A DNA stretch of 64,000 bases from Desulfuromonadales bacterium (GTDB lineage Bacteria; Desulfobacterota; Desulfuromonadia; Desulfuromonadales; SZUA-540): assembly GCA_033549025.1 (NCBI GenBank), contig JAWSUS010000007.1, forward strand, positions 1 to 64,000, given 5' to 3'. Below, piece by piece: positions 21,119-33,887 of the stretch (its first letter is position 1; each line of letters starts with the position of its first letter). Position numbers and translations under genes: made by a program. Under the pieces are notes generated by a model. The model saw only the letters and a program-made list of their open reading frames with translations, ran no database searches and was not told the DNA's origin.

Positions 21119-22033
21119 TCAGCTCTCTTCGCCAAGTTGCAGCAGGGCAAAGAGCAGGCGGGTTTTTGCCATATCGACCTGCCTTGCCGCCGCCAGGGAC
21201 AGGGCTCTGCCGTAGATGGCGTCCAGCTCAAGGGGGCGCCCTTCCTGCCGATCGATCATCATGCTGGGGCGATAGTCGCCCATCGTTTCGGTTACCTCCA
21301 AAAGACGGGGAATAACCTCGGCCGCGTCAATAGGGGCACTGAGGCCCTGCGCGTTGGCGCCGGCGATGACTTCTCGCATGATGGCTTCCACCTCCTGCTG
21401 TACGGCGGCTGAGGCAAGCAGGCCGCCCGTGGGGCGCTGGGTCAGTGCGCAGAGTCCGTTGAAGGGGATATTCCAGATCAGTTTTTCCCAGCGGGCCTTG
21501 GCCAGATCAGCGACCGCCTCACAGGGGACGCCGGCCTTCCGGAAGAGTGCCGCTGTCTCTTCCGCCCGGGTCGAAGCGCCGCCCCTGAATTCTCCCAGCC
21601 GTATGGCCCCCTGCCCCAGATGGTGGACAGTGCCGGGTTCCCCGCGATTGGAGCACAAAAACGCCACACCCCCCATGACACGATCGTCGCCAAAGGTGGC
21701 GGCCAGCCGTTCTTCGTTCCCCAGGCCGTTTTGCAGGGTCAGAAGGGCCGTGTTTTTGCCCACCGCCGGTCGGCAGAGTTCGGGCAGTTGATCATTGTGA
21801 AAAGTTTTCAGCCCGACAATGACCAGATCAGCAGGATCCAGGTTGGCGGCCGCCCTGACTCCGCGCACCTCAGGGAGATGAAAGTCGCCATTTACCGAGG
21901 TGACGGTCAGTCCTTTCTCGCGGATCGCCGTATAGTCCCGCCTCAACAGAAACTGGACGTCATGGCCGCTTCGCTGCAGCATGGCCCCGTAGTAAAGACC
22001 GAGAGCTCCAGCTCCGATAATGGCTATTTTCAT
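21119..22033 (-). CDS. panE: 2-dehydropantoate 2-reductase
   Basis: GAGALG, LQNGLG, WEKLIWN, SMMID and ELDAI motifs. Confidence 0.85.
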   Translation of the reverse strand: MKIAIIGAGALGLYYGAMLQRSGHDVQFLLRRDYTAIREKGLTVTSVNGDFHLPEVRGVRAAANLDPADLVIVGLKTFHNDQLPELCRPAVGKNTALLTLQNGLGNEERLAATFGDDRVMGGVAFLCSNRGEPGTVHHLGQGAIRLGEFRGGASTRAEETAALFRKAGVPCEAVADLAKARWEKLIWNIPFNGLCALTQRPTGGLLASAAVQQEVEAIMREVIAGANAQGLSAPIDAAEVIPRLLEVTETMGDYRPSMMIDRQEGRPLELDAIYGRALSLAAARQVDMAKTRLLFALLQLGEES

Positions 22034-22222
22034 GATCCGAGCGTCCTTTCGTGAGCAGTGAATACCAGGTTGCCCTAAAGGCACAAAATAACACGAACAA
22101 CTAGAAATGACAGGTCAAAATGCGATGGCGGCGGGGTAACGCCAAGGCTCAAACCATCTGCACCTGTTGACCAAAGTGGCTGACTGTGGTATATTTTCAA
22201 GGTTTCCGAAAGGGGAAAAAGC

Positions 22223-22708
22223 ATGTTTAAAGTCGGTGATAAGGCAGTATACCCCGCACAAGGGGTAGGGGTGATCGAGGCGATTGAAGCCAAGGAGTTT
22301 GCCGGACAAAAGCATGAGTTTTATGTCCTTCGGATCGTAGACAGCGATATGCTCATCATGGTCCCGGTGTCCAATGCGGGCAATGTGGGTTTGCGGGGTC
22401 TGATCGGCAAGGACCAGATTCCCTCTCTTTACGATGTGCTCGGCGACAAGCAGACCGATGCCAGCGGCGGCGTCTCCTGGAGCAGAAGACAGCGGGAATA
22501 CAACGAAAAGATCAAGTCCGGCGATCTCTTTGAAGTGGCGGAAGTTCTCCGGGAACTCTATCTCATCAAGGAAGGCAAGGAGCTTTCCTACGGGGAGAAA
22601 AAGGTTCTGGAGCTGGCCCGCAAACTGCTGGTGAAAGAAATTGCGCTGGCTGAAGGCGCCGAGGAAAACCTGGTCGTCGAACGTCTGGAAAACTGCTTCC
22701 TGAACTAG
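22223..22708 (+). CDS. carD: CarD family transcription factor
   Basis: FKVGDKAVYPAQGVG and WSRRQR motifs; upstream of ispD-ispF. Confidence 0.9.
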   Translation: MFKVGDKAVYPAQGVGVIEAIEAKEFAGQKHEFYVLRIVDSDMLIMVPVSNAGNVGLRGLIGKDQIPSLYDVLGDKQTDASGGVSWSRRQREYNEKIKSGDLFEVAEVLRELYLIKEGKELSYGEKKVLELARKLLVKEIALAEGAEENLVVERLENCFLN

Positions 22709-22730
22709 GAGCGTGCCAACCATTTCCATG

Positions 22731-22764
22731 AAACCGGACGCCTTGGCGTCTGGTTTTTCTTTTT
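22731..22764 (+). terminator. Intrinsic terminator after carD
   Basis: AAACCGGACGCC-TT-GGCGTCTGGTTT followed by a T-rich tail. Confidence 0.6.
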
Positions 22765-22865
22765 CGCCTTCAAAGGGTCAACCGTTGTAGAGACGGGATT
22801 CACGACAGCCTTCAATCCCTGCTCCGCTCGGTTGCGGGGATGCGGCTCGTCTTTTTCGGAGCAGC

Positions 22866-23570
22866 ATGAGTGTCATCGTTCTGATCCCCGCCGCCGGCCT
22901 GGGGCGCCGTATGGGAGCCGCTGTCAACAAGCAGTACCTCCGTCTGGCGGGACGACCCATTCTGGCCCACACCCTCGCCTGTTTCGACTCTCATCCCCTT
23001 ATTGATGCGATTTATGTCATCTCCCCTGCGGCTGAGATCGCCTTCTGCCAGGAGGAGGTGGTGCGCCGCTATGGTTTCGCCAAGGTGCGAGAGGTCGTGG
23101 CCGGCGGCGCCCAGCGTCAGGATTCTGTGCGCCATGGCTTGCTGGCCTGTGGCGCGGCCCCCGGCGACATCATTCTGATTCATGACGGGGTGCGTCCCTT
23201 CTTCCCCGGCCACCGTCTGGCGGATCTCGTCGAAAGCGCCAAGCGCACCGGCGCCTGCCTGGCGGGCGTACCGGTCAAAGACACCATTAAAGAAGTGCGC
23301 CATGGGATGGTGTCTGGCACCCCGGATCGCAGCTGCCTCTGGCAGGCGCAGACCCCCCAGGCCTTCCGTTTCGAGATTATCGCCAAGGCCCACCAGCAGG
23401 CCCTGGCGGATGGTTTTCTCGGCACGGATGACGCCAGTCTGGTGGAGCGACTGGGACTGCCCGTCGCCATGGTCGAAGGCGACTACCGCAACATCAAGAT
23501 CACGACGCCGGAAGATTTGGTGGCCGCCGAGGCCATCTGGCAGGCCGGTCAGGAGGATTCCCCATGCTGA
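22866..23570 (+). CDS. ispD: MEP cytidylyltransferase
   Basis: [21 protein letters not shown] and KITTPED motifs. Confidence 0.95.
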   Translation: MSVIVLIPAAGLGRRMGAAVNKQYLRLAGRPILAHTLACFDSHPLIDAIYVISPAAEIAFCQEEVVRRYGFAKVREVVAGGAQRQDSVRHGLLACGAAPGDIILIHDGVRPFFPGHRLADLVESAKRTGACLAGVPVKDTIKEVRHGMVSGTPDRSCLWQAQTPQAFRFEIIAKAHQQALADGFLGTDDASLVERLGLPVAMVEGDYRNIKITTPEDLVAAEAIWQAGQEDSPC

Positions 23571-24046
23571 GAGTCGGTCACGGCTACGATGTCCACGGCT
23601 TGGTGCAGGACAGGAAACTCATTCTCGGTGGCGTTGAAATACCCTATGAACTCGGACTGCTGGGCCACTCCGACGCCGACGTCCTTCTCCACGCCATCTG
23701 TGACGCGATCCTGGGGGCGCTGGCTCTCGGGGATATCGGCCGGCACTTTCCCGATACCGATCCGGCTTACCGGGGCATCTCCAGCCTGGTCCTGCTCAGG
23801 CATGTCATGACCCTGGCGGCGGCAAAGGGCTACACCATCGGCAATATCGATGCGACCGTCATCGCTCAGCGACCCAAACTGGCCCCGTATGTCGGGCAGA
23901 TGGTCAGCCATATTGCCGAAGCCTGCGCAACGGAGAGCACCAGAGTCAACGTGAAGGCGACCACGACGGAAAAACTGGGATTCGAGGGGCGGGGTGAGGG
24001 CATTTCGACCCACGCCGTTGTCCTTCTGCAGAAGATCAGGGACTAA
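23564..24046 (+). CDS. ispF: MECDP synthase
   Basis: GYDVH, GHSDADV and KATTTEKLG motifs. Confidence 0.95.
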   Translation: MLRVGHGYDVHGLVQDRKLILGGVEIPYELGLLGHSDADVLLHAICDAILGALALGDIGRHFPDTDPAYRGISSLVLLRHVMTLAAAKGYTIGNIDATVIAQRPKLAPYVGQMVSHIAEACATESTRVNVKATTTEKLGFEGRGEGISTHAVVLLQKIRD

Positions 24047-24106
24047 AAGCACGGCTTTTTGATGGCCTGAAGGGCCTTTTTTACAGAACACAGGGAAGGA
24101 TTCCTT

Positions 24107-25795
24107 ATGAGTACGCCAGACGCTGCACCGGTATCTCACTTTATCCGCAACATCATCAGTGCCGACCTCAAGGAACAACGCGTGGTGGGGCCGGTGGTGA
24201 CGCGCTTTCCGCCAGAGCCCAATGGCTATCTGCACATCGGCCACGCCAAATCCATCTGTCTCAATTTCGGCCTGGCGGCCGATTTCGGCGGTCGCTGCCA
24301 TCTGCGTCTGGACGATACCAACCCGGAAAAAGAAAGCGTCGAGTATGTCGAGGCCATCAAGGATGCCGTGCGCTGGCTGGGTTTCGACTGGGGAGAGCAC
24401 CTCTACTACGCCTCGGATTATTACGAACAGCTCTACGACTTTGCCTGCCAGCTCATTGCGGCCGGCAAGGCCTATGTCGACAGCCTCAAGCCGGACGAGG
24501 TCCGCGCCATGCGGGGCACCCTGACCGAGCCGGGACAGGAGAGCCCTTACCGCAGCCGTTCCGCCGAGGAGAACCTGGACCTTTTTCACCGCATGCGGGC
24601 CGGCGAGTTTCCGGACGGCGCCCATACGCTGCGCGCCAAGATCGATATGGCCTCGCCCAACATGAATCTGCGCGATCCGGTCATGTACCGCATCCAGCGG
24701 GCGAGCCATTACCGTACGGGCAATCAGTGGTGCATCTACCCCATGTACGACTTCGCCCACCCCTTGTCGGACGCCATCGAAGGGGTGACCCATTCCATCT
24801 GCACGCTGGAGTTCGAAGATCATCGACCCCTCTACGACTGGTTTATCGATAATCTGAGCCTGCCCAGCCGTCCCCGTCAGTATGAGTTTGCCCGTCTCAA
24901 CCTCGAATACACCGTGATGAGCAAACGCAAGCTGCTGGAACTGGTGCAGAAGAAGGACGTGGCGGGCTGGGACGACCCCCGCATGCCCACCATCGCCGGC
25001 CTGTGCCGACGCGGGTTCACCCCGGCGGCTATCCGCACCTTCTGTGACCGTATCGGTGTCGGCAAGAGCGACAGCTGGATCGACATGAGCGTCCTCGAGG
25101 ATTGCCTGCGCGAAGACCTCAATGAAACGGCGCCCCGGGTGATGGGCGTGCTTCGCCCCCTCAAGCTCGTCATCGAGAATTACCCGGAAGACCAGGTGGA
25201 GGAATTCGAAGCGGCCAATCATCCGCAGCGCCCCGAAATGGGCAGCCGCCTCGTACCCTTCTGCCGGGAGGTCTATATCGACCGGGAGGACTTCATGGAA
25301 GATCCGCCCAAAAAGTTTTTCCGGCTGGCGCCGGGGCAGGAGGTCCGCCTGCGCTATGGCTACATCATCAAATGCGAGCGCGTCATCAAGGACGAGCAGA
25401 CAGGCGAAGTGCTGGAACTGCGCTGCAGCTACGATCCTCAGACCAGGGGGGCGGCGCCGGCCGACGGCCGCAAGGTCAAGGGGACGATCCACTGGGTGTC
25501 GGCCCGGCATGCGGTGGAGGCCGAGGTGCGGCTTTACGACCGTCTCTTCAGCCAGGCCAACCCGTCCGGAGACAAGGACGGCACCGACTATCGGAGCTAT
25601 CTCAATCCCGACTCCCTGGAGATCCTGGTGAAATGCCCGGTCGAGCCTTCGCTGGCGCAGGCTGCGGCAGGGCAGGTCTTCCAGTTTGAACGTCAGGGCT
25701 ATTTCTGTGTCGATTCACGGGATTCCGCGGCCGGAGCCCTGGTTTTCAATCGGGCGGCCACCCTCAGGGATTCCTGGGCCAAGGCGGGCAAATGA
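24107..25795 (+). CDS. glnS: Glutamine--tRNA ligase
   Basis: [19 protein letters not shown] and GWDDPRMPT motifs. Confidence 0.95.
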   Translation: MSTPDAAPVSHFIRNIISADLKEQRVVGPVVTRFPPEPNGYLHIGHAKSICLNFGLAADFGGRCHLRLDDTNPEKESVEYVEAIKDAVRWLGFDWGEHLYYASDYYEQLYDFACQLIAAGKAYVDSLKPDEVRAMRGTLTEPGQESPYRSRSAEENLDLFHRMRAGEFPDGAHTLRAKIDMASPNMNLRDPVMYRIQRASHYRTGNQWCIYPMYDFAHPLSDAIEGVTHSICTLEFEDHRPLYDWFIDNLSLPSRPRQYEFARLNLEYTVMSKRKLLELVQKKDVAGWDDPRMPTIAGLCRRGFTPAAIRTFCDRIGVGKSDSWIDMSVLEDCLREDLNETAPRVMGVLRPLKLVIENYPEDQVEEFEAANHPQRPEMGSRLVPFCREVYIDREDFMEDPPKKFFRLAPGQEVRLRYGYIIKCERVIKDEQTGEVLELRCSYDPQTRGAAPADGRKVKGTIHWVSARHAVEAEVRLYDRLFSQANPSGDKDGTDYRSYLNPDSLEILVKCPVEPSLAQAAAGQVFQFERQGYFCVDSRDSAAGALVFNRAATLRDSWAKAGK

Positions 25796-25936
25796 CCCTC
25801 CCCGAGAGTCCGTTGATCCGAAACCCTTGGTCAAATGGGGTTTCCATGACTGATATCCTGTGCTATTAAGGTGAGACCGTCAGCCCCGCGCTGGCGGCTC
25901 TCAATTTAATAGCACAGACAAGGAGAGTCTTTTTTC

Positions 25937-27418
25937 ATGACCTTGCGCGTTTTCAATACCCTCACCGGCAACAAAGAAGAATTCGTGCCGCTGCAGCCCG
26001 GCAAAGTCGGCATGTACGTCTGTGGCGTCACAGTCTACGATTACTGCCACATCGGCCATGCCCGGGCCAATATCGTCTTTGACATCGTCTACCGCTATCT
26101 GCGTTTTGCCGGTTATGATGTCACCTACGTGCGCAATTACACCGACGTCGACGACAAGATTATCAAGCGGGCCAATGAGCGGGGGATTTCCAGCAAGGAG
26201 CTCTCCGAAGAGTTCATCCGGGCTTTTGACGAGGATATGGCCGCTCTGGGCCTGGAACTGCCAACCCACCAGCCCAAGGCGACCGAGTTCATTCCCCAGA
26301 TCCAGGCCATTGTTCAGAGACTGATCGACAAGGGCATGGCCTACGAAGCGGATGGGGACGTCTATTACGCCGTCGATAAATTTCCCGACTATCTCAAACT
26401 GAGCAAGCGCAACATGGACGAGATGCGGGCCGGCGCCCGTATCGCGCCCGGGGAACGCAAGCGCAACCCCATGGATTTCGCCCTGTGGAAGGCCGCCAAG
26501 CCGGGGGAGCCCGCCTGGGAGTCGCCCTGGGGACCGGGACGGCCGGGCTGGCACATCGAGTGCTCGGCCATGTCGGTGGAATTTCTCGGGGAGTCCTTCG
26601 ATATTCATGGCGGCGGCAAAGATCTGGTCTTTCCCCACCATGAAAACGAAATAGCCCAGAGTGAAGGTGCTTTTGAGCAGCCCTTTGTCAAATACTGGCT
26701 GCACAACGGCTTCGTCAACGTGAACCAGGAGAAGATGAGCAAGTCCCTGGGCAATTTCTTTACCATCCGCGACATCCTGAAAAAATACGATCCCGAAGTG
26801 GTGCGCTTCTTCATCCTGTCGGCCCACTACCGTTCTCCCATCGATTTCTCTGACCAGAACCTGGAGGACGCCAAGGCCGGGCTGACCCGCTTTTACGAAT
26901 CCCTCAAAGCGGCCCACGATATCCTCGAGAAGACGCCGATTCCCAGCCAGGTCCCCTGTGAAGTAGTTAAAGACGAGGAACGGGAGGTCTATGACCGCAT
27001 CGAAGCCCTGGAAGACCGCTTCTGCGAGGCCATGGACGATGACTTCAATACCGCTCTGGCCATTGGCCATCTCTTCGAAGCGGTTCGCGGCATGAATCGC
27101 ATCATGGGCGAAAAGCGTTTCGACGAGTGCCCGCTGTCCCTGCTGGTTCTGAAAGACGGTCTGACCAAGGTCGAGAAGCTGGGGGGCGTCTTGGGACTCT
27201 TCCGTTCCGCACCGGCCGCCTGGCTTGCCAAAACCCAGGAAGAAGGTCTCGCCGACAGTGGCCTGAGTCCGGCGCTGATCGAAGGCTTGATCGAGGAACG
27301 CAAGCAGGCCCGAAAAAACCGGGATTTCGCCCGGGCTGACGCCATTCGCGACGAGCTGGCCGCCAAGGGCGTTCTTTTGCTTGACTCGCCCGAGGGAACA
27401 ACCTGGAAACTCAAGTAG
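25937..27418 (+). CDS. cysS: Cysteine--tRNA ligase
   Basis: [22 protein letters not shown] and KMSKS motifs. Confidence 0.97.
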   Translation: MTLRVFNTLTGNKEEFVPLQPGKVGMYVCGVTVYDYCHIGHARANIVFDIVYRYLRFAGYDVTYVRNYTDVDDKIIKRANERGISSKELSEEFIRAFDEDMAALGLELPTHQPKATEFIPQIQAIVQRLIDKGMAYEADGDVYYAVDKFPDYLKLSKRNMDEMRAGARIAPGERKRNPMDFALWKAAKPGEPAWESPWGPGRPGWHIECSAMSVEFLGESFDIHGGGKDLVFPHHENEIAQSEGAFEQPFVKYWLHNGFVNVNQEKMSKSLGNFFTIRDILKKYDPEVVRFFILSAHYRSPIDFSDQNLEDAKAGLTRFYESLKAAHDILEKTPIPSQVPCEVVKDEEREVYDRIEALEDRFCEAMDDDFNTALAIGHLFEAVRGMNRIMGEKRFDECPLSLLVLKDGLTKVEKLGGVLGLFRSAPAAWLAKTQEEGLADSGLSPALIEGLIEERKQARKNRDFARADAIRDELAAKGVLLLDSPEGTTWKLK

Positions 27419-27511
27419 TGGACGAAGGATAAACAGCGGCAAAAAGGCAAGACTGGGGGCGAATGAGCCCCCTTTTGCGTTTGGGACGCCCGCCGGCGAA
27501 AGGGTGCAGCC

Positions 27512-29506
27512 ATGGCACGATTCGAACTGAAATCTGACTATCAGCCGCGCGGCGATCAGCCGCGCGCCATCCAGGAACTGGTGGATGGAGTCCAACGCCA
27601 GGATCCGCACCAGGTCCTGCTTGGCGTGACGGGGTCCGGCAAGACCTTCACCATGGCCAACGTGGTCGCCGAAGTGCAGCGGCCCGCGCTGGTGCTGGCC
27701 CATAACAAGACCCTGGCCGCCCAGCTTTACGGGGAGTTCAAGGAGCTCTTCCCCAACAATGCCGTGGAGTATTTCGTCTCCTACTACGATTACTATCAGC
27801 CCGAAGCCTACGTTCCCTCCACCGACACCTTCATCGAGAAGGATTCCTCCATCAACGAAGAGATCGACAAGCTGCGCCACAGTGCTACGCGCAGCCTGCT
27901 CAGCCGGCGGGACGTCCTCATCGTGGCCTCAGTCTCCTGCATCTACGGTCTCGGTTCGCCAGAGGCCTATTACGGGATGCTGGTCGGGCTGGAAGAGGGG
28001 ATGGAACTTCCCCGCGACGAATTGCTGCGCAAGCTGGTGGAGATCCAGTACAGCCGCAACGACGTCGATTTCCACCGCGGTACCTTCCGGGTGCGGGGCG
28101 ATACCGTCGAGATCTTTCCCGCCTACGAAGAAGATCGGGCCCTGCGCGTCACCTATTTCGGTGATGAGATCGAATCGATCAGCGAGGTCGATCCCCTGCG
28201 CGGCAGGATCATCGACCGCCTGCCGAAGACGGCCATCTTCCCCGCCAGCCACTACGTGGCCACCAAGCCGACCCTCGACCGCGCCATCGTCGAGATCCAG
28301 GACGAGCTCAGGGAACGCATCCAGTATTTCCGCGCCAACAACATGCTGCTGGAAGCGCAGCGCATCGAACAGCGCACCCTCTTCGATATCGAGATGATGG
28401 AAGAGATGGGCTACTGTCAGGGGATCGAAAACTATTCCCGCTTTCTCGACGGTCGCCAGCCCGGTAAGCCGCCGGCCACCCTCTTCGACTACTTCCCCGA
28501 AGATGCCCTGCTTTTCATCGACGAGAGCCATGCCACGGTGTCTCAGATCGGGGCCATGTACCGCGGCGACCGCTCGCGCAAGGAAACCCTCGTCAACTTC
28601 GGTTTCCGCCTGCCCTCGGCGCTTGACAACAGGCCGCTGACCTTCGAGGAGTTTGAGGCCAAGGGGATACAGACGGTGTACGTTTCAGCCACTCCCGCCG
28701 ACTATGAACTCCAGAAGGCGCAAGGGGTGGTGGTGGAACAGATCGTGCGCCCGACGGGACTCGTCGATCCCCCCATCGAAGTGCGTCCGGCCGGTGAGCA
28801 GGTCGACGACCTTATTCACGAAATCCGGGCGACGGCAGCGGCCGGCGAGCGGGTGCTGGTGACGACCCTGACCAAGCGCATGGCCGAAGATCTCACCGCT
28901 TATCTTGAAGAGCTCCAGATCAAAGTCCGCTATCTCCATTCGGATATCCACACCGTGGAGCGCATGGAGATCATCCGTGATCTGCGCCAGGGGGTTTTCG
29001 ATGTCCTCATCGGCATCAACCTGCTGCGGGAGGGGCTCGATATCCCGGAAGTCTCCCTGGTGGCCATCCTCGATGCCGACAAGGAGGGTTTCCTGCGCAG
29101 CGAGCGCTCGCTGATTCAGACCTGCGGCCGGGCGGCCCGCAACGTCAACGGGCACGTCATCATGTATGGCGACCGCATCACCCGCTCCATGCAGGCCTGC
29201 ATCGACGAGACCCAACGCCGCCGCACCGCCCAGCTGGCCTACAACGAGGCCCACGGCATTACCCCGGAGACGGTCAAGAAGTCGCTGCGCACCATTCTGG
29301 AGGATATTGCCGAAAAGGATTATGTCGAGGTACCCCTGGCCGCGGAGGCGCCGGACAAATATCGCAGCGCCAAAGAAATCGAAAAGGAAATCAAGGAGCT
29401 GCGTCAGCAGATGCTGCAGGCGGCCGCCGAACTTGAATTTGAAAAGGCGGCCGAATACCGGGATCGCCTGCTGGCCTTGGAAAAGCACGATCTGGGGTTG
29501 AAGTAG
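27512..29506 (+). CDS. uvrB: Excinuclease ABC subunit B
   Basis: [18 protein letters not shown] and [10 protein letters not shown] motifs. Confidence 0.97.
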   Translation: MARFELKSDYQPRGDQPRAIQELVDGVQRQDPHQVLLGVTGSGKTFTMANVVAEVQRPALVLAHNKTLAAQLYGEFKELFPNNAVEYFVSYYDYYQPEAYVPSTDTFIEKDSSINEEIDKLRHSATRSLLSRRDVLIVASVSCIYGLGSPEAYYGMLVGLEEGMELPRDELLRKLVEIQYSRNDVDFHRGTFRVRGDTVEIFPAYEEDRALRVTYFGDEIESISEVDPLRGRIIDRLPKTAIFPASHYVATKPTLDRAIVEIQDELRERIQYFRANNMLLEAQRIEQRTLFDIEMMEEMGYCQGIENYSRFLDGRQPGKPPATLFDYFPEDALLFIDESHATVSQIGAMYRGDRSRKETLVNFGFRLPSALDNRPLTFEEFEAKGIQTVYVSATPADYELQKAQGVVVEQIVRPTGLVDPPIEVRPAGEQVDDLIHEIRATAAAGERVLVTTLTKRMAEDLTAYLEELQIKVRYLHSDIHTVERMEIIRDLRQGVFDVLIGINLLREGLDIPEVSLVAILDADKEGFLRSERSLIQTCGRAARNVNGHVIMYGDRITRSMQACIDETQRRRTAQLAYNEAHGITPETVKKSLRTILEDIAEKDYVEVPLAAEAPDKYRSAKEIEKEIKELRQQMLQAAAELEFEKAAEYRDRLLALEKHDLGLK

Positions 29507-29605
29507 AAAGCGTGCCGCCGAGCGCAATGGCCTCGAAGCAAGCCGGGGAAAACCTGTTAAGCTGTTAGGACGAATGGACAAACCCGCATGTGATGGAGGT
29601 TAACG

Positions 29606-31444
29606 ATGAGCAAGCCGGGCATGGAAGAAAAACGCTCCCTGGAGGTGGCCGAAGCGGCCCGGGAGACGGAATGGCAGTTGCCAAGCTTTGTCGGCGAGAT
29701 GTTCATGGGGCGGTTCCGTCCCGACCTGATTCATCCCTACCCGGAACAGGATCCGGAAGACCGGCGGGCCGGCGACCGCATACTGGAGAAGGTAAAACTA
29801 TTTCTGGCGGCGGAGGTTGACGCCGATCGCATCGACCGGGAGAAGGAGATCCCGCCTGAGGTAATTGACGGGCTGCGGGATATGGGCTTGTTCGGCATCA
29901 AGCTGCCGACTGAATACGGCGGGCTCGGTCTGTCCCAGGTCAACTACAACCGCATCGTGCAGCTGGTGGCCAGCCACTGCGCCTCGACGGCGGTGCTGCT
30001 GTCGGCGCACCAGAGCATCGGGGTACCGCAACCGCTGAAGATGTTCGGCACCGATGAGCAGAAAGAAAAATATTTGCCACGGCTGGCCAAGGGGGAGATC
30101 AGCGCTTTTGCTCTGACCGAGCCCGGAGTCGGCTCCGATCCCTCCAAAATGACCACCACCGCGGTTCCCACTGCCGATGGCGAAGCCTACCTGATCAACG
30201 GGCATAAGCTGTGGATCAGCAACGGACCGGTAGCGGACCTGCTCATCGTCATGGCCCGCACCAACGATCCGGCGGAAGAGCGGCCGGAGATCACGGCTTT
30301 CGTGGTCGAAGGGCAGTCGGACGGGCTGACCACCGAACACCGCTGTGATTTCATGGGCCTGAAGGGGATTCAGAACGGCCTGCTGCGCTTCGACAATGTG
30401 CGGGTGCCAAAGGAAAATATCGTCCTTGGCCTCGGCACGGGGCTGAAACTGGCGCTGCAGACGCTGAACACCGGTCGGCTCACCCTGCCGGCGGCCTGCG
30501 GCGGGGCCATGAAGCAGGCGCTGGCCATGGCCACGGAATGGGCCAACGAACGCAGGCAGTGGGGGGCTCCCGTGGGGCACCACGAAGCGGTGGCCGCCAA
30601 GCTGGCGACCATGGCGGGCGAGATCTTTGCCGTGGAAAGCCTGGCCTGGCTGACCTCGGCCATGGCCGACCGAGGGGAGATGGATATCCGCCTCGAAGCG
30701 GCCCTGGCCAAGCTCTATTGCAGCGAGGCCCTGTGGCGTACGGTGGATGCGGGGGTGCAGATCCGCGGCGGCCGGGGGTACGAGACCGCCGAGTCGCTGC
30801 AGGGAAGGGGTGAGGCGCCCATGCCCATGGAACGCTTGCTGCGCGACGCCCGCATCAACCTCATCATCGAGGGGACGAGTGAAATTATGCGCCTGTTCAT
30901 TGCCCGCGAGGCGCTGGATCCCCACATGCGCGTCGCTGGCGCCTCGGCGACCTCGTCCAAAATCGACGTGGTGGGGGCCGGCAAGTTCTATGCACGCTGG
31001 TATCCGATGTTGTGGCTGCCGCGCTTCAAGGGCCCCGAGGGCTTCGAATTGCGGGGTTCCCTGGCCTCGCATCTGCGCTTTGCCGAGAGAGCCAGCCGCC
31101 GTCTGGCCAGGGATCTTTTCCACATGATGATGGTTCATCGGCAGGGTTTGCAGAAAAAGCAGATGATCCTCGGCCGCCTGGTCGATACGGGAGCCGAGCT
31201 GTTCGCCATGAGCGCGGTGCTGTCCCGCTGTGCCTCCCCGGGTTGTCCCGCCGGAGCCGAGGAACTGGCCGATCTCTTCTGTCGCCAGGCCAGAAGGCGG
31301 ATCAAGAGATTCCATCAGGAGGTCTATTGCAACGACGACACCCGTACCTACCGGGTGGCCCGCCAGGTGCTCAAAGGCTCTTTCCCCTGGCTGGAGGGCA
31401 ACATCGTCAGCACCTGGAAGCAAAAGGCACCTAAGGACGAATGA
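29606..31444 (+). CDS. Acyl-CoA dehydrogenase (long, VLCAD-like)
   Basis: FALTEPGVGSD, NGHKLWISN, GGRGY and IIEGTSEI motifs. Confidence 0.9.
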   Translation: MSKPGMEEKRSLEVAEAARETEWQLPSFVGEMFMGRFRPDLIHPYPEQDPEDRRAGDRILEKVKLFLAAEVDADRIDREKEIPPEVIDGLRDMGLFGIKLPTEYGGLGLSQVNYNRIVQLVASHCASTAVLLSAHQSIGVPQPLKMFGTDEQKEKYLPRLAKGEISAFALTEPGVGSDPSKMTTTAVPTADGEAYLINGHKLWISNGPVADLLIVMARTNDPAEERPEITAFVVEGQSDGLTTEHRCDFMGLKGIQNGLLRFDNVRVPKENIVLGLGTGLKLALQTLNTGRLTLPAACGGAMKQALAMATEWANERRQWGAPVGHHEAVAAKLATMAGEIFAVESLAWLTSAMADRGEMDIRLEAALAKLYCSEALWRTVDAGVQIRGGRGYETAESLQGRGEAPMPMERLLRDARINLIIEGTSEIMRLFIAREALDPHMRVAGASATSSKIDVVGAGKFYARWYPMLWLPRFKGPEGFELRGSLASHLRFAERASRRLARDLFHMMMVHRQGLQKKQMILGRLVDTGAELFAMSAVLSRCASPGCPAGAEELADLFCRQARRRIKRFHQEVYCNDDTRTYRVARQVLKGSFPWLEGNIVSTWKQKAPKDE

Positions 31445-31499
31445 CTCGGGACGGGTCGGAGGGAGCCGGGCACGACCGACCTGTCGCCACAGGGCTGAA

Positions 31500-31871
31500 T
31501 CAGACGGGGAGGGGACGTCTTTCCGCCAGGAATATCCAGCCCTTGGCGATGCGGTAGATGAGCCAGATGGCGGCCCCCGTCAGAATGAAGTAGCCGATAA
31601 CGACGATGAAGGTCAGCGCCCCCAGGAAAAGCCAGAGCAGGGTGAACCAGAAAGTGCGCATCTGCCAGCGGAAATGGCTTTCCAGCCAGGTGCCGGCGAC
31701 GTCCTCCTTTTTGATATAGTTCACGATGACGGCGGCAAAGAGAGAGATGCCGAGGAAGAAACTGGCGGCCTGCAGGGCGTAGACGGCATGGGTCACCTTC
31801 ACCAGCGGGTCCAGGTTCCGGCCGGTTTTAGGCTCAATTTCCAGCACGGGCGCTTCAGTCTGTTCGGTCAT
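31500..31871 (-). CDS. DUF4870-like membrane protein
   Basis: SHFRWQMRTFW and WLIYRIAKG motifs; ATG at 31871. Confidence 0.7.
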   Translation of the reverse strand: MTEQTEAPVLEIEPKTGRNLDPLVKVTHAVYALQAASFFLGISLFAAVIVNYIKKEDVAGTWLESHFRWQMRTFWFTLLWLFLGALTFIVVIGYFILTGAAIWLIYRIAKGWIFLAERRPLPV

Positions 31872-32018
31872 ACTTTCCTCCCTTTGATACCTTCTCATCT
31901 GCCGAGATTAAACCCATGCCCGGCAAGATGCAAGGACGACGGAATCTCCTGTTGAAATCTCCCAAGCGGTTCGGTAAGATGCGCTATTTCATCTTGTGTG
32001 AAAGGGCGTTACAAATCA

Positions 32019-33860
32019 ATGGGTTATAAAAACCTTCGAGAGTGTGTCCGCGACCTGGAAGCCCGGGGAGAACTTGTTCGCATCGAATGCGAGATCGATC
32101 CGAACCTGGAGGCGGCCGCCATCCAGAGAAGGGTCTATCAGGCGGGGGGACCGGCCCTTTACTTTGCCCGCGTCAAGGGCAGCCGCTTTCCCATGGTCGG
32201 CAATCTCTTCGGTACCCTGGAGCGGACCCGCACGATCTTTCGTGATACTCTCGATACCCTGGCTCGCCTGGCCGATCTCAAGATCAATCCGGCCTCCTTT
32301 CTAAAAAACCCCCTCAAATATGCCGGTGTGCCCCGCGGGGCTCTGCACCTGCTGCCCAAGCGGGTGAAGTCCGGCCCCATACTGGCCGGACGCACCAGTC
32401 TGAGCCAGCTCCCCCAGCTCAAGTCCTGGCCCGATGACGGCGGCGCTTTCATCACCCTGCCGCAGGTCTATTCGGAGAGCATCCGCAACCCCGGTTGGCG
32501 CCAGAGCAATCTGGGGATGTACCGGGTGCAGATATCCGGCGGCCATTACCGTCCCGAGGCGGAGGTGGGTCTTCATTACCAGATCCACCGGGGCATCGGG
32601 GTGCATCATGCCGAAGCCCTGGAACAGGGGGTGCCCTTTCGCGTCAATATCTTTGTGGGCGGGCCGCCGAGCCTGACGGTGGCGGCAGTCATGCCCCTGC
32701 CGGAGGGAATGCCCGAGCTCTCTTTTGCCGGAGTCCTGGGCGGGCACCGAATTTCGCTGGTGACACCACCGGGCCAACTGCCCATGCCGGCCGAGGCGGA
32801 TTTCGTCATCACCGGCACCGTCGACCCGCAGCGTACCCTGCCGGAAGGGCCCTTTGGCGACCACCTGGGCTATTACAGCCTTGCCCATGATTTTCCCGTG
32901 GTGCAGGTGGAACAGGTCTACCATCGTCACGGCGCCATCTGGCCCTTTACCAGCGTCGGGCGACCGCCGCAGGAAGATACGAGTTTTGGCGCTTTTATCC
33001 ACGAACTGACGGGCGACCTCATCCCCACCGTGCTGCCGGGGGTGCATGCGGTGCATGCCGTCGACGCGGCCGGGGTGCACCCCCTGCTGCTGGCTATCGG
33101 CAGCGAGCGTTATGTCCCCTACGCCCGACAGCGGCGCCCCCAGGAACTGCTGACCATCGCCAATGCCATTCTCGGTCAGGGCCAGCTGTCTTTGGCCAAA
33201 TATCTTTTGCTGACCGCGCGGGAGGATCAGCCCGATCTGGATGTGCACGATGTCCCCGGGTTTTTCCGTCACATTCTCGAGCGGGTTGACTGGCGCTGCG
33301 ATCTGCACTTCCAGACCTGCACGACGGTGGATACCCTCGATTACTCCGGCAGCGCCCTCAACGCCGGCTCGAAAGTGGTGATCGCCGCCGCCGGGGAGGC
33401 GCGCCGCCGTCTGACCGCCGACCTGCCGGCCGAGCTGAGCCTGCCTGCCGGTTTCTCAAATCCGCGGGTGGCCATTCCCGGGGTGCTGCTGATACAGGGG
33501 CCGACCTGTTCGCGTGCGCGACACACCACCGACCCGAGGATGGAGGCGTTCTGCCTTTCCTACGCGCCGGAAAGCGCCATCAATCGCTTCCCGCTGATCG
33601 TGGTGGTCGACGACAGTGATTTTGCCGCCGCCAGCCTGAACAATTTTCTGTGGACCGCCTTTACCCGCTCCGATCCGGCCCTGGATCTGTACGGCATCGG
33701 CGCGTCGATCACCGGCAAGCATTGGGGGTGTGCGGGGGCGCTGGTTATGGACGCTCGCAGCAAACCCCATCATGCCCCCCCTCTCATTGATGACCCCGCT
33801 GTGGAAAAGCGGGTGGATGCCCTCGGCGCTCCGGGCGGCCCTCTGCACGGGATCATCTGA
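32019..33860 (+). CDS. UbiD-family decarboxylase (possibly menaquinone pathway)
   Basis: NLGMYR, EGPFGDHLGYY and GRPPQED motifs. Confidence 0.9.
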   Translation: MGYKNLRECVRDLEARGELVRIECEIDPNLEAAAIQRRVYQAGGPALYFARVKGSRFPMVGNLFGTLERTRTIFRDTLDTLARLADLKINPASFLKNPLKYAGVPRGALHLLPKRVKSGPILAGRTSLSQLPQLKSWPDDGGAFITLPQVYSESIRNPGWRQSNLGMYRVQISGGHYRPEAEVGLHYQIHRGIGVHHAEALEQGVPFRVNIFVGGPPSLTVAAVMPLPEGMPELSFAGVLGGHRISLVTPPGQLPMPAEADFVITGTVDPQRTLPEGPFGDHLGYYSLAHDFPVVQVEQVYHRHGAIWPFTSVGRPPQEDTSFGAFIHELTGDLIPTVLPGVHAVHAVDAAGVHPLLLAIGSERYVPYARQRRPQELLTIANAILGQGQLSLAKYLLLTAREDQPDLDVHDVPGFFRHILERVDWRCDLHFQTCTTVDTLDYSGSALNAGSKVVIAAAGEARRRLTADLPAELSLPAGFSNPRVAIPGVLLIQGPTCSRARHTTDPRMEAFCLSYAPESAINRFPLIVVVDDSDFAAASLNNFLWTAFTRSDPALDLYGIGASITGKHWGCAGALVMDARSKPHHAPPLIDDPAVEKRVDALGAPGGPLHGII

Positions 33861-33887
33861 TTTTCGCCCTCTTCGGAAAGGACAACC